A DNA stretch of 64,000 nt, taken from contig OZ237740.1 of the NCBI GenBank assembly GCA_965178125.1, positions 1,302,001 through 1,366,000 of the forward strand. Reading direction: 5' to 3'. Positions 23,141 to 37,100 of this stretch are shown here, in pieces. The stretch's first letter is position 1. Each line of letters opens with the position of its first letter. A model generated the notes under the pieces. The model saw only the letters and a program-made list of their open reading frames with translations, was not told the origin of the DNA and made no database searches. Source of the stretch: Bilabrum cf. latius (lineage: Eukaryota). Made by a program: the position numbers and the translations under genes.

Positions 23141-24979
23141 TCATTTCCTAAACGGGACCATGCCGAACTTGCGGTCCCGCATGGCCTGTTCCACTGCCTC
23201 GGAAGGCACCCCGCTGGCCCCATGCGCATGGTGCATGCGCTACTGCCATGCCTGCTCCCCGAGGATCGCCCGAACCATGCTCTGCTCGGCCTCGTCGTTG
23301 AGGAACGGGCAGCCCCCCGCGCCGGATGACCCGCCCCCGTGGCTGTGCCCCGCAGCCTCGCCCTCCTCGTCTGAACCGCTGTCCGCACCGCCCCCACCAG
23401 AGGCATCGATCCGGTCAGCCCAGAACCTCCCGCTCTCGCTCGTGTCGACAGACCTCTTCTGCTTCTATTTCCCACCCGCTGTTCTCCCTTCGATCGCATC
23501 CTCGATCCAACTCGCCGTGCCGTCGCCCTCCCCCTGCCGGCTCTTCCCGCCCCGTCTTCTGAGATCCTTTGCACCTGCATGCCCTGCACCTGCACCTGCG
23601 CTCGACGAGCCAGTGCTAGCACCACCTCGCGCCGAGCCGCCCCTGGATCGGCTGGGCGATCGCGTCTTGGCTTCGAAGCCATCGTCCCCGGAGTCGTCCT
23701 CCTCGTCCTCGTCCCTCCCCTCCTTGGACTTGGACCGACTCTCGGACCCGCCTCCCTGTTTCTTGGCCGCCTGCTTCCTCTTGCGCTCCTTGTACCTCCT
23801 CGCCGCCTGGTCCAGCACCTCGAGCATCTCAGGGTCCTGCAGCCACAGCCAGAGGCGGTACACCCACAGCGTGCCCTGCCCGCTGTCCGCCACTGCCGCC
23901 CCCTTGTGGTGCTGCAGGTAGGCCCAATCGTCACACAGGAATGAGTACCACAGCAGACCCACGGGCGCGGAGGTGAGGTGCCAGAGGGCATGCGCGTCCC
24001 ACAGGCCACCAAGCAGAGGCGGGAAGTCGCTCACCTCGAACGCCGCCGTCAGCGCCGCCACGAGCACCATGCTAGCGACACCCTTCCAGCTGTAGGCGAT
24101 GGACTTGAAGGGGACCTGCCCGCGCCAAGCAGCCACCCACTGCATGCCCGTCTGCAGGGCCTGCATCACAATGCCAAGCACCCCCACGGCGATCGAGAGC
24201 TTCACGTTGAGCCCGTAGTCGAAGTGCACCAGGTTCATATACAGCGCCATGAGCAGCGTGGAGCCTGCCGCGAAGGTCAGGGCGATTGTGGCCGCAAGCT
24301 TAGACCGGAGGAGAAAAGTTCGCAGAATTACTACGGATGTCTGCACAGCAACCAATGCGAATGCCGAGTTGTAATCTAGTCGTTCCGTCAGCCATGTATC
24401 GGAGGCGTGGAATGCCGCGGCACATGTCCACGTTACCGCACCAACAATGCCGTAAAGGAGAAGCCATGGTGATAAAAAGTAACTCCGATCCATAGGAGCG
24501 TACTAGTGCTGGCTGCGAAAGCGAAAACGCCATGATACTGGTGTTTGGGATGGGATTGCTCAAGATTGGCGGACTAAATGGCCGCGGCTTAATCCTCACT
24601 GATAAGACATAAAATAGAGATGAGGCAGGGCATTTGCGAAAGCCCCGAACGAAGCAGCGATATCATCAAATCCTAACACCCGTGCGGTTGGCCACTTGCC
24701 GAAGTACTACAGCGGTTTGAACGCGTCTGGTCGCTGCCTCTGGCGCAAAGCCTCCGTTTTGTGGATACACAAATATCTACAGTCACTTTCGCAGGTCCAT
24801 CCGAACATACGCAATTCTCGAGGCAGCTTCATCTCGTACTCAATCGGATTGCTACAGTTTGCAGATACACATGACCCTGCGCAGTCTTTAAAGTACGGCT
24901 AGCGATCGCCGGCAGACGCATCTGCAAGCGAGCATAGAGTGCCAAGAAGTATAAGCAAACGATGCCCGGACACAATCAT
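23141..24979 (-). CDS. PGAP3: PGAP3/Per1-like GPI remodelling protein (intron 24513-24599) with an acidic/basic C-terminal extension
   Basis: Signal peptide then SAGDR*PYFKDCAGSC, GWTCESDCRYLC, PL*YFGKWP, AAFHASD..LTERLDY, HFDYGLN, FEVSDFPP..GLWDAHALWH. Intron is GTGAGG...TTTCGCAG (87 nt). Five TAG. TGA 23141-23143. Confidence 0.9.
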
Positions 24980-25159
24980 TCCTCCCGATGTGTAACGAGT
25001 GCGGCAAGCAGAAAAAATGAACCTAAAATGCCGGTTGCAACCAACCACTGTTGAACTTTCAAGAAGAAGATTAAAACCAACCACTCATATTGAATATGGC
25101 CGACATCACGCCAAGCAACTTCGGGGTGGCAAATTTGGCCCGCCGATCCTGTTACCTCA

Positions 25160-25962
25160 TTACTATCCGGCACCAGCACCATCTCCAGCACCACCCTTCG
25201 CAGCCCCTTCCCCGGCGTACGAAGGGGCGTCCTCCTTACCGACCAGCTCCTCTATGCGGGCCTTCCACTCGTCCAGCCCCCAGCTGGAACCGATAGAGCC
25301 GTCCTCTACACCATTTACATACACAGTAGGGGATACGTGGACTCCCTGCTTGCGGCCAGCCTTTATATAGTGTTTCAGGCGCTTCATGACGAGCGACCCC
25401 CCTTCCTTCAGGAACTCAAATCGACCCAGGAACGCCTCCTTGTCCACTCCAACTCCCTCCGCGAGCTCGGCGGCGATTCCCCAGATGTCCCTCACGCTCT
25501 TGTCCAGCGTGGCCTCATCGCTGAAATGCTCGCGCTTCGAGTATAGCACCTGCATTAGCTCGACAGCCTTCTCCTGCCCAGCCACGTCTTCCGCAGCAAG
25601 AACAGCAGCATTCATTGTGTTGGAGTGCATGTGCCACGGCTGCGGGAAAGGCATTGCTACGATCTTAACCTTGCCGGGGTGCGTGTCTCTCAGCCACGGG
25701 ACCACCTTGCCCATGACCGTGCTGCTCATTTTGGCGCAAAACGGGCAGTACATGTCCTGCAAACAGATCGTAAAACAAATTGGATAGCATTTCTACTAGA
25801 ATAATGGGTGGGGAGGCAGTAACACCGAAACAGATTTGGATCGATGGCAGAGGTCTACTGCGGGCTCACGTGCCAGATTGTGACCACAAGTTTCGGGGCG
25901 GCAGCACGAAGCAATCGAATACCAAGGGGTCTTGCTGGGATGATTGCGGCGGGAGTAGCCAT
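25160..25962 (-). CDS. DsbA-like thioredoxin-fold protein (intron 25757-25869)
   Basis: Spliced VVTIWH|DMYCPFCAK gives a CxxC motif. Also PFPQPWH and GRKQGVHVSPTVYVNG. Ends GGA-TAG-TAA-TGA, so the stop is 25160-25162 if TAA terminates. Confidence 0.85.
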
Positions 25963-26070
25963 GGCTTGGTTTGAAATGTTCTTGCGGTTGCAGTAGAGTT
26001 GCGCGCAGATCGGTCGTTCCGTCATCGCGTGTCGCCGCGCAATCCGCGGAACCACTGCGCACGACCGAGA

Positions 26071-28011
26071 TCAGCCCCGCGGTGGCGCCCCATCGCTTCC
26101 ATTCATAACTTCCTGGTCCTGCGCCTCCTTCCACATCTGCAGCCCCAGCCTCCCCACCGCCGCCATGTCGGCCAGGTCCACCGCCAGTCTCCTCAGCCGC
26201 GGCAGCTCCCTCAGCCGAGAGGACACCTCCTCCACACACTTGCACAGCTCACCCACACCCTTGCCCGAGTCCAGCACGATCCGCGCCGCTGAACCCCGCC
26301 TGTTTCTTACCCGCCCCTGGTCTGCCTCACCGGACCTGCGAGCCTCCACTGCATGCGCCCGTCCATACTAGTGCTCGTGCTCGCCCCAGCCGGCAGCACG
26401 AGCAGGTGCTGCACCGGCAGCACGCGAGTTATGCCCTTGGCGCAGCGTGCGAACAGGAACAGGTCTAGTAGCTAGGCGCACAATGCCGCCCCCTGTTCCC
26501 CGAACAATACCGCTCTCCACAGACCCCCGCCTGTTCCACCGCCTTAAAGGTGACTTGGCCCCCGGCTCTGGTCCTGGCTTGCCTGATTCCACTGGTCCTG
26601 GCGGTCGGGGCTTGTGCCTGCTCGGCCGCGGGGCGCGGGAGCTGCCGCGAGATGAATGTCCATCGGTGGCATCACCACGGCCCCCCGCTCCCTTGGCCCG
26701 CATGTTACCCCCCCTCCCAAACACCACGAGCCCTGCCACCACCTTTCGCATCGCTGACCGCACCGTCCTCCTGACTTCCTCCCGCCGCCGAAGCCTTGCT
26801 CCCGCTGCCTGCGCACCTCCCGCCGCTCGCATGAACGACTTGGTGGGTCTGAGAGACCGGGGGCCAGGGCTCAGGTCCTAGTGCGGGTCTTGCGCAGCGC
26901 TCGTAGTGCCGGTGCCGGTGCCCGGTTGGCTAGGACAACCCCCGGTGGAGCTCTCGCCATCGCTGCCGCCTGCTCCACTTGAAATGGATCCTGTACTAGC
27001 CGCAGATATGCCATCATGGGTGCTCGTGCCAGCAGCACCAGCAGCATCGGCAGTCCACAGGCCACTGGTACCAGCCCTCATGGCACTGGCCCTGAGGCCA
27101 CCCCTCGCTCGCTCCTTGTCGACTTTGCCTCGGCCCCGTGTATCAGGATCTACTGCTCGTCTTCCAGGACCATTGAGGCGCAGATGCACGGCGTGCAGAT
27201 CGGTGGCATCCATCGCGCGGAGGGAGTCCACCACGGGCTGCAAGAACCGGCTTGCAGCGCGCACCCGACCAAGCTCAACGTCTGCTCGGAACCGCAGCTG
27301 CCTGGACCTGGATGCCTCCGCTTCCTGCCGCGCCCTTGCTTCCAGCCTGCCGATACGTCTCACGCGATGATTTACTCGTGCCTGTAGTCTGGACTGCGGC
27401 GGTTTTGCAGCGGCTGGTGCGTTTGGCTCGGTGCTTGCAAAGCTACTTGTTCTGAATACTACACAGGTCCTCGGTGTTCCCGGCTCAGTTCTGCTGCTAA
27501 CATGTCGTTTAGCTGTTTGAGCACTTCTACGAATTGCGTGGATTTGCCGCTCGAGATTCGTGTGCTCCACGCGAATTGCGTCCAGGTCGCTCCTTGCGCG
27601 ATCTCGAATGTGGAGCGTAATGTCTTTCCTGGCCTACGCAGACTCAATACGGCGATGGAGCCGCAGTACATCATCATACACAGAGGAAGATTTAACCGCC
27701 CAATCTGGGACGTCGTCCAAAAGGCTGTCCGCGTCGAAACCGCTGACTTTGGACTTCTCTCTTTCAACCCTACTATGCTCGGCTGGATCCAAGACACTGA
27801 TGGGCCGCTTGGTCAGAAATAATAGCCCAGCAAAGGTTTTAAGGGCCCCATGGTTCTCATGCGATTCTAGCAGGACCCTTCTATCGATTTCACGCTCTCT
27901 TTCCAGAGCGGATACAAGCTGCGATCGTGCCTCATCTAGCTCCCTTCTGAGCCTCAACACGTCTGTATCCCTGTGCACTCCATAGCGTAACGAGTTCTAA
28001 AAGTTCTTCAT
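26071..28011 (-). CDS. Hypothetical coiled-coil/Arg-rich protein, ~646 aa
   Basis: ORFs 27634..27978, 26878..27570, 26368..26832 and 26071..26349 share one frame and are joined by TAG only. ATG 28011, TGA 26071-26073. Confidence 0.65.
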
Positions 28012-28158
28012 ACTGTGTTTAACTTAAAAAATCTCGCATCATGAAGAAAAATGACACGAGAAAACATGCCACAAAAACGGCCACATTGCAGCGCACTGCA
28101 AGAGGTTGGCCTGCCCTCCACGTGGTCGCAGCAGCGAACGCGGTCGCACCGTCGTGCC

Positions 28159-31100
28159 TCACACACCATCAGGCAGCAGCCGCGACTTCTAAACCTCCAC
28201 GGATTCCTCAATGTCGCACGCGTACGGCCCCATCCCCGCGTCTCTAGCCTCCTCTAAGGCGAGGCCAGCCAGCAAGAACGTGTCATTCGCGGTCCCGTGA
28301 CGCAGCCGTGGCAGCCCCGACACGATCATGTTGGAGGACTCAGGTCCGCCTAGCTCGATCTGCCCACCGAAGAACAGCGCGACCCGCGGCCACCTCAGGT
28401 GCACTGCCTGCATGCCCATCCGAGGCCCGGGGGGCTGGCCCCGCATGCACAGGCTGGTAGTGCTGTGCCACACAGCCACTGGTGCCTCTGGCGCGCGTGA
28501 AAGGGGTCCTCCGTCCAAAGGCGGGAACAGAGACTTGTGGCTAGACAACGCACCGCATGTGTCGTTGTTCCTTGAGCTTTCCTCGCCACGCTTCGCGAGA
28601 TGATCTTCGTCGGCTGGCAGGAGGTTCACCTCGCTGCCGTCGCAGGACACTTGCAGACGGACCGGTGCGTTGCTGCCGGCCACCTGGATCGGCAGCCGGG
28701 TCAAGTTGCTGATACTGGGCCCAAGGCATGCAGCCGCGTCGGTAGCGTCGCCGGAGGCATTGCTAGACTGGTTGCGCTGGCCCTCGGAAGCCGGGTCCAG
28801 CGGTGGGGCATGGGCTGCCCCTTGAGAGACAGACCGGAATCTCTGCAAAGAGCTATGGCGGGTCGAATCTGCGCGCGAGCCTCGTGCCACAGCCGAATCG
28901 GCGAGGGACTCGAGCACTTGGACAGCAAGTGAGGGTCCGACCCCTTTCAGCGCCAGGTGGGCCGAGCGCAGCGCAGCGTCCAGGGATCGGCGAGCACCGT
29001 GTGGATGCAGCGTGGGAATGAGAGGCAGAAAGTCCCGCCCGTGTAACCGTGAGCTCCTGGCGCGAGACTGGGCCTCTGGTGCGCGAGATGCTGGCCCCAG
29101 CTTGCCTTTACCAGCCTGTGCCGCTGCCTGCAGCTGCAGCACCCGATCCAGCTCGCCCCGCCTGGTACTGCATCGCCTCGAGAACAGAGAGCGCAGCAGC
29201 TCGCATTGCTACTCTAGCACGGCACCAGTTCCTCCAGCAGCGCCCATTGAGCCAGCGAATTCGACAGAGGCGCCCGCTAGAGGCCCCTGCCCGCCCAGTA
29301 TTGCAGATGCGGACGCTGACGCCGCATCTCCCCACAGCGCGGTCAGCTCCTCTTGCATGTCTGCCATTGCGGCAGTGGCGACGCCCGCCAGCTGACTGTT
29401 CTTTTCACCCTTAGAAGGCCCAGCACTCTTACCACCGTGCTGAAGCAGCGAGCCCTGGCTATCGTCCAGCGTAGAGGCGCCGAGGCCGCAAGCAGCAGCC
29501 GCATCGCTGGTCTGCATCTCCCAGCAGCCAAGGAGCCACCCGAACTCTTCAAGGTTGCGCCTGCACTGCGCGGGCACATCATGCGCAGCGAGCGCACCCA
29601 CGGCTCTGGTCTTGCTCACGACTGGCTCACAGCCGCACCCACCGCCCACGTGGCCAGTCCCGATGCGTGCAAAGGGGGTCCGAAACCTGCGCTCAAGCTC
29701 TGGCACACGCAGCTGGCACTGCTGGTTCACCGTCCACAGGTGACCATCGAGCGGCTAGGTCCGCACAGTGTGCCCGTGGTTTTGCATCGATTCTGTGCCT
29801 GTGCCGCTCGTGGCGTTGATCGCGAGAAAGGAGCCCAGCTTGCTCAACTAGCGTTTGCGTTTCTTCTGTTGCCGGCTACGCTTGCGCTTCGGAGATGTGG
29901 TCTCGATCCACTGCTCCCTGGCTGCGGCCACCTCTGGCGGCACGTCAGCATCGGCCAACTTGTTCATGGCAGAGGAGAGCCGCTTGGCAATCGCGTGGAA
30001 GGTTCGCAGCGCGGACTCGGCCGCGCACATCGGGGCATTCGGGTACCTCCTGCGTGTCTCTATCCTGTAGGGCCGCCGCGTGCTGAGGCCCGAGCCGGCC
30101 GTGGTGGAAGCAGCAGCAGCAGCAGCAGCAGCGTCGAGGGTACCGGAGGCACCAGCTTCGTCGTATATCTTGATACTGTACGTCTTGGGCTTTGGAGGTG
30201 CCTCTGGCGGTAGCATGGACAGCGCAGCTCCCTCGCTCCGAATGCCCCTGCGCCACACCACCACCGGGACCTATACGCCGCCTTGCTCCGAAGCAGACCC
30301 GTCGATCGTCATGGCCGATCCTGCAGATCCCGCCGGGGCTGAAACCCACTATAGCGCCTGCTGATTCCCAGTGGGGGCTGCATCTACCCCGCTCCACTGC
30401 AAGAGCTGCTTTGCCGCCTGCTCCTTGCCACTGAGGGGAGAGAGATCCACGGACACCTTCGGGCCATCGGTGCGGCGGCCGTCACCCGGCATGCGCACGC
30501 CAGGATTTCTGGTCTTGGGAGGCTTCTTATCCCCGTCTAGTTCTGCGCTTTCGCTCTGGAGCAAGCTCGCCGCCGCATCGGGGGCGGACAGAGGGGTCCC
30601 CGGGGCAGCCTCCACGCAGTCGCACACGGCCACAGTATCACTAAACACCCTGAGACGAAGGCAACGGCGCCCGCCCACCCACATAGAGATCGCAGGCCCC
30701 CGTGGTACCTCCCAGATCCCACCGTCCTCGCTGTACGACTGGTCCTGCAGAGAGTTGAAGGCAGCTCGGCGCGCCCCCGCAAGTTGAGTGACAGGCAATG
30801 TGGTGCCCCAGGAGAAGATCGCCGCCTCTGTGGCATCGGCTGCTCCGGCAGCACCGCCGAGGAATCCCGAGCCAATCACGAGAAGTGGCCCCCTTGGGGG
30901 TCCATCCACAAGCTTGGAGGGATACACGGCGGCCAGCCGCGGCGAGCCAATCGAGACTATCCCGCCACCGAGCTGGCCGCCTCCGGGCATCTCGTCCGCA
31001 ATTTGCCACGGGTCGGAAGACGCGTCTGCGGTGGAAACTTTGTTTTCTTCATCGCCGGTATTGCCGCTTACCATTCCCCGCGCGTTTGCATCCAGCCACA

Positions 31101-34100
31101 GCCTGCCCAAGGTGGCCGCTTCCTCTGCGTTCGTCCTTCCATCGCGCAGGTGCACCACCACCGTCTTGGAGGCATCCCCCGGCTCGCTTGGCGAGAGCTG
31201 GCAGCTGATCGCGTGCTGGCTGTGCCACACGATGCCCTGGCATTCGTTGCCTCCTACGAGGACCGCCCGCACGTTGGGATTGTTTCCTGCCCAGCTGGAG
31301 TAGTTCGCTCCGCACTCAGCCTCCCGGCGATAGCCCAGGCGTGGCCGAATTGGCTCGATGCGACCGTCCAATATGCGAGCCTACGCAACATGATAGGGAA
31401 ACGATCCGTTGCGACTGCCCCGGACACTCATCGCGGGCATGCCGCCAAGGGCACCCCCTGCCGGATGCGAGGGCAGCCAGCCGGGCTAGTACTCTCTGCA
31501 ACCAGCCACGCACCGGTTGATGCCATCCACGAAGGCCCATTCGTCGCAGGCTCCCAGCCCCCGGCCATACACCCACATCCTCGAGTCGTCTGCTTCAGTA
31601 CCATTCCGAGCAGAGTCAATTGCACTCGAATTGTCCGACTCGGTCGCACTGGTCGCCGTCAAGTTAAGAAAGCTGGTCTCCTGCGCGGTCGGGTCCACTC
31701 GAGTGACCCGTGGCAGGCCGACATCTAGCACCGCGGCATCGCCGAGGGACCGCACACCGGCATGGCGCCTATCCTGCATCCAATCGCCTGAGGCCTGGCT
31801 TCCCGCCCCGTAACCACCCATCACAACGAGCCGTTGCTGCAGCACGAGCGCGGTGTGGCCGTGCCTCGCGATCGGTGCATCCCCTGCCTTGCGCATCCGG
31901 CGAAGGACCATGTGAGTGGGCAGGCCGTTCGCTCGACCGTGTTCGCAATGCAGACCTTCCGCTGTGACTGCCAAGGCTGGACCGCGCGCAGCCCGCTGCA
32001 TGGCCCCAGACCACGCCTGTGTGTCCGAAGCAAGGCCACCCACTGCAACCATACAAGGGAAGCTGGCGCCCGAAAACCCGGCGAATGAGATATGCCACAA
32101 GTCACCGTGCACGTGATTGCCTACACCACCATACACATACACTGACGCACCAATTGCGGTTGCCGAGTGGCTGAACCTCCCTGGCATTGGTCCATCGGGC
32201 TGCACGACCTCAAGGTCGAGCCACCTCATGCTGGGCGCATGCAGCACATGCACGTCGCCCAGCGGCACAGCTTCAGACAATGGGGCGGTCACCCCATCGC
32301 ATGCACCGTGCTCGCCCCCAGCAGCCTTGCAATAGGCAGTTGCGCTATTCTTGCCCCTGTACCCGCTGCCACCGGTGATGACAAGAAGCTCGTTTAGCAC
32401 CACAGCAGCCGCGTGCTTGTGCCGCGGCCCCGGGCCGTTTCCTTGTACGCTCGGTTGCTCCCATCTCCAGCTCCAATATTGCGGTTCGTACGTCGCCTTG
32501 TAGTGCCAGGGCCCAAGCCTGCTTTCCGAGGCTGCAGTATACAGCGATCTGGCCTCGTCGGACGTGCTACCGTCTGGTTCAGCAAGCCCAGCGACTACAT
32601 CCTTGTCCGCCTCAGTGAGATCCTGCACGTCGATCGGCTCCAAACCTCCTTGCAGCAGGAACGATGGTGCTCTATGAGGGTTTGCTAGATGCAGGCCAAT
32701 GGAGCTTGGACGCTTGTGCTTTCCGGCCGCGGCCAGCTGCGAGCTCCCGTCCTCCTCAAAGGCACCACCGAGGCATTCCATAGAGTCGCTTTTGGGGGCC
32801 ATGCAGCCCGATGCAGCAGCAGCTACCGCCCGTCGCAGCATTACCAAGTCACCGCGCAGGACCGGAGACAGTGAATTGCCGTCAGCTAGGCCATGGACAC
32901 GATTGGCAGGCCCCAGTCCACCGAAGACAACGATGGCGTCTCCCAGCGACGGAGACCGGGGCGCATGTGTCCCGGCATACCCATCTCGATCCACTCGCAT
33001 CCACAGCCGGCTAATCGGCACGAAATCCGTATTTTGCGTAGTGCCTTGGATCTTGCTAGCGTGATTCTTACGGAATGCCTCCGGGTTTGCCGCAGCCTCC
33101 TTAAGGATACCGTTGGATGTGGCAGTGTCTACGGTGGGCGATACACCGTGCTCGCCAGGCTGAACCTTAGATCCCTTTGCTAGCCGGATTTCGGTTGCAG
33201 ACAAAAGGTCGTGCCGCTCAGCCCCCACAGCAGCCGAAAGGGTGTCCTGCTTGTAGTCACTCCCGCCCTGCAAGCCAGCCTCGGCACCTTTTGAAAGTGT
33301 CCCAACGTGCAAGGCGCCGTTCTATGTTCCTTTCGCTGCCTGGCGATCGGCAGCCTGGCGAGAGAGTAGAATTGATTTCGCTTTGGAAACGTCACCGTCC
33401 GCAAATAGCCTATGGAAGGAACTGGCAGAATGGAAGGCGCGGGGCAGCATGGGCACCCCTTCGGCGGGTTGAAGGCCGCCGCCTGCATCGGTGCCGCCCC
33501 CCAGAAGCTTCCAGACATGGCCAGTAGCTGCAAGACCACTGCCATGCCAGCCTTTCGGGGCCCGGATAGGGTTAGAGGGCGACACCGTCGACGCAGTCCC
33601 CTGCCACTGCGCTGCCATCGAAGATCCCGGCCCCACAGCTTCAAGGCCCGCATCGGCCGCTGCCTAGTACTGGGGCGGCAGCGGCTCGACCGGTGTGTCC
33701 GATACTGTTCGAGGAGCAGCCGCGGCATGATATGATGCCGAATTTTCTGGAGTGGTACCCGCCGAAGACTGTAGCAATGAACTTGCCTTGGTGGCAGCAG
33801 TGTCTGCATCCAGGGCCTGCTTGAAGCCAGCCACTAGAGCAGGCACTTCTTCGGGTCCGACCCCTGTCCCCGGCTTCATAACCCACACGCCGGCAGTGTA
33901 CACTGTATCACTTCCTGCTAGCCCCAACGCAACACCTCTCTCCAACCCCTCGCGGCACACCCCACCCGTGAGAACGACTGCACTACCGCCATCGATGGGC
34001 ACCAGTGCGGAACCTTCCATAGGCGGTGGGGCCATGGCCCCGGTCTCGGGATCCGCTCCGCAGTCGCACACGCAATCCAGCTCCTCCTCATCCTGCATCC

Positions 34101-37100
34101 ATGATGAAATTGGCTCCGTCGTACCTGCTTCGGGCTCTGCCGGCTTGGTCTCTGCATTCTCCTCCTCCTCCTCCTGCTACTACTGAGCCTCTAGCGCAGC
34201 CCCCGCAACTTCCTCCATGCCTTGCATTGCCGAATCGATGGAATCACGGACGATTGCATCGATGTCCGGTCCGGGCTCCTCGCTTTGAGTGTCTGCGGCA
34301 GATTTTGCGGCTTGCTTTAGCTTGTTTCCAACACGAGAGACGAGCTTCGAGATCGGATCAGCACGTCTCCTTGACGAGCTAGACCAAACGGATAGGAGCT
34401 AGAGAGCGCTAGGCACCTACTGCAGATCTGAGTGTCGACCAGAAGCTCCAATAGAATGCAAGATGCGGTCTCGCATCCAACGAGCATCCGCTAGAATATG
34501 GTTGAGCTGCGAATGACCAGGCATCTACGGATCATCGAGATGACTCGCGGTGACCCCGCCATGAATGGCATGCGCAGCTGCGGCTGTGCCCAGAGCAATG
34601 ATAGGGCACTCAATAAGAGCATGCTCAGCGGGTACTTGTTGCGTCATCGCCACAGTGGTGCGGTTGCACCATTCAAATGCAGCCTCTGCGTGGTCATAGG
34701 CGCAGTCAATCCCGCAGCGCAACTGTGATCTTCTCCGTCGTCCCACAACCCAATGTTCTGTGTGCTGCAACGATACGCGCGGCACCGATGGCAAGGGGTT
34801 CGGACCAAGCTGCAGCAGCGATATGGATTCGCTGACTCCGTCGGCTGCGGCCACTGCGTTGTGCTGGGCGGCAGACTCGATCGCATGTCCTGCCAGAGAG
34901 CTTAGCTGTGCTAGACCCAGCACAACTTTCATGATCGCCTCGATGATCTTGAGGATGATGCAGAAGATGAAGAAGGGCAGGTTTGTAAAAGGGTTGGGGT
35001 CGCAGTCCCTCGGCTTGAACTCCTTCATTTCCGATTCTTGCAGGTCCAGCTTAAACTTCTAGCTAAACTTTGTCTTCTTGATTGACAAGGACTTCTATGT
35101 GTGTGTTCTGGTCTTTGTCCTGGTGATGAGCCGGTATTCGGGCGACTAACCGCTTGGCGCACACACTAGGTCGCTGCCCTCTGGTTCCGGGCCGCTGCAG
35201 AGGCACCCCTCGCCTGTGTCTATGTCGCAGTCTGGGAAATCGTCTTCGTCCTCCTCGCTGGCAGGACATCCACCTCCATCAGCCTGCCTGGGGACACACT
35301 CCCAATCGGGACTGCGACTGAGGTACCCCAGTCTGCCCCACTTGCCCAATCGCACCTCGCCGTTGCCCTGGTCCTCGATCTGGGCCCAATCGAAGTGTGA
35401 TGCGAGTGGCGCAGCACCACTCGTGGCACCGGCATCCAGGAGAGCGAGGGAGGCAAGGCCTGCGCCGGACATGAGCGCTTGATCCAGCACACGAGGTGCG
35501 GTAACAGGGCACGAGGCTTGCCACTCCTGGCTGTGCATGTGGGGATACACTGGGAATTGGGAGACATTCTGGTTCTGCGCCGTGCCATTCGATCCTGCAG
35601 TGATGTTGCTCGGAGTTGCCTCCTACCCTGAGGTTGCATTGCCCTTCGGCACGACTGCTGACTCATTGTGAGTCACAGGTATAGGAGCTGGCGCGGGTCG
35701 ACACGGGCGGACACTCCATGCATCAAGCTCGTCGTCCGTCTCTGACGGCCACTCAGACTAGCCCTTGGCGTGCGAGCGATCAACAGGACCGACATGCCCG
35801 GGGAGGTACAGCGGGCACTGCCATGGCTCGCCAACCCCCGGATCAGAGCCAGCGCCATGTAACGTACACTTGTTCTCAACCAGAGTAAAATCAGCAGACG
35901 CGAGCGGGTGGGAGGGAGACTACCCGTTGATAGGAGCCTTGCCACCTCCTGCCAGTCGTCTGACATCGCCAGCTCTGTTTGACCTTGCGACAGACGAAAG
36001 CGCCATGGGATACCGCAGGGGCACGAAGGTGTTGGCCGGTTTCCACCGGCCTCTGCCCTTTGTGGTAGCTGTCGCCATCATGCACTGGGTGCGGTTCTCA
36101 AAGAGACCAGCGGCACTCGCAGCTGCCTGTGCCTGGCTCGCAAGGCGTGCAGCTTCCTTTGCTTGCCCTTCGCTTACTATTTCGTCCAAAGGCACGCTTC
36201 CGATGTTCGTTTCTCCGGCGGTGGCGATGTCGGGGTTTTCTTGGGATGCCGCATCTATTGGAGAGCCGGGGTCCTCTTCACCATCAGTGAGCAGTTGGGC
36301 TGCCCTTTGCTTGGCCTCCTCCTGCAGATGGGGCGGAAGCAGGTCTACCCTAGTCAGCGTGCACTACCCTTCCTAGTCAATGCAGTCTCGCTCGTTACTA
36401 GCCCCCGACAGAGGCCCGCACACACCCTCGATTTCGGCTCGGCATCCCTCCCACTACTAAAGCTGGGCGGCTTTCTCGACCTCGGCTGGGTCCGGTGGCA
36501 GGACGACATCACCGTCCACTAGGGTGCTATTTCGGAGATCGATCGGCTGGTGGCCCTCAGGCGCCTCCTTGGGCAACACAACCGGCTGAGTGCCGGGGAT
36601 ACCGGGCGGCACGGCACCCGGCAAGCTAGGAGGCTCGGGCTGAAAGGGTCCATCTGTGATTGTGGCGGTAGCATCGCGCGGAGCATCGGCTGATGCTTTT
36701 GCCATCTGAGCAATGATGTCAGCTACTGGCACAAGCCGTGCAAATACGGAGTCAGAGTCGAACGCAATGGTGTCCACTTGTACTGCTGCTACCGTTGCAC
36801 GTTGCAGAGCCCTCGCATTTGGGGCCTGGTACTCAGCGGCGTAGGACCACAGCCCACCGATGGGGACAGCACCAAAATGGGTGGCGTTTATGCTTGCTTC
36901 AAGCGAGAGATCTCGCAAATCCCATAGCCCACGCAACAAACTGCTGCCAGCAAGAGCGACAGTGGTGAAATTCCAGGCTTGAATGCCCTATTGCCCCCGA
37001 GAGACGGACTCGTGGAGCCCAGGACCCAGAAAGCCATCCAGCCAGCCGTGCCGTGCCGCCTGAAATGCAGCTTCAGGTCGGATCCCCGGCACAGGCCACG

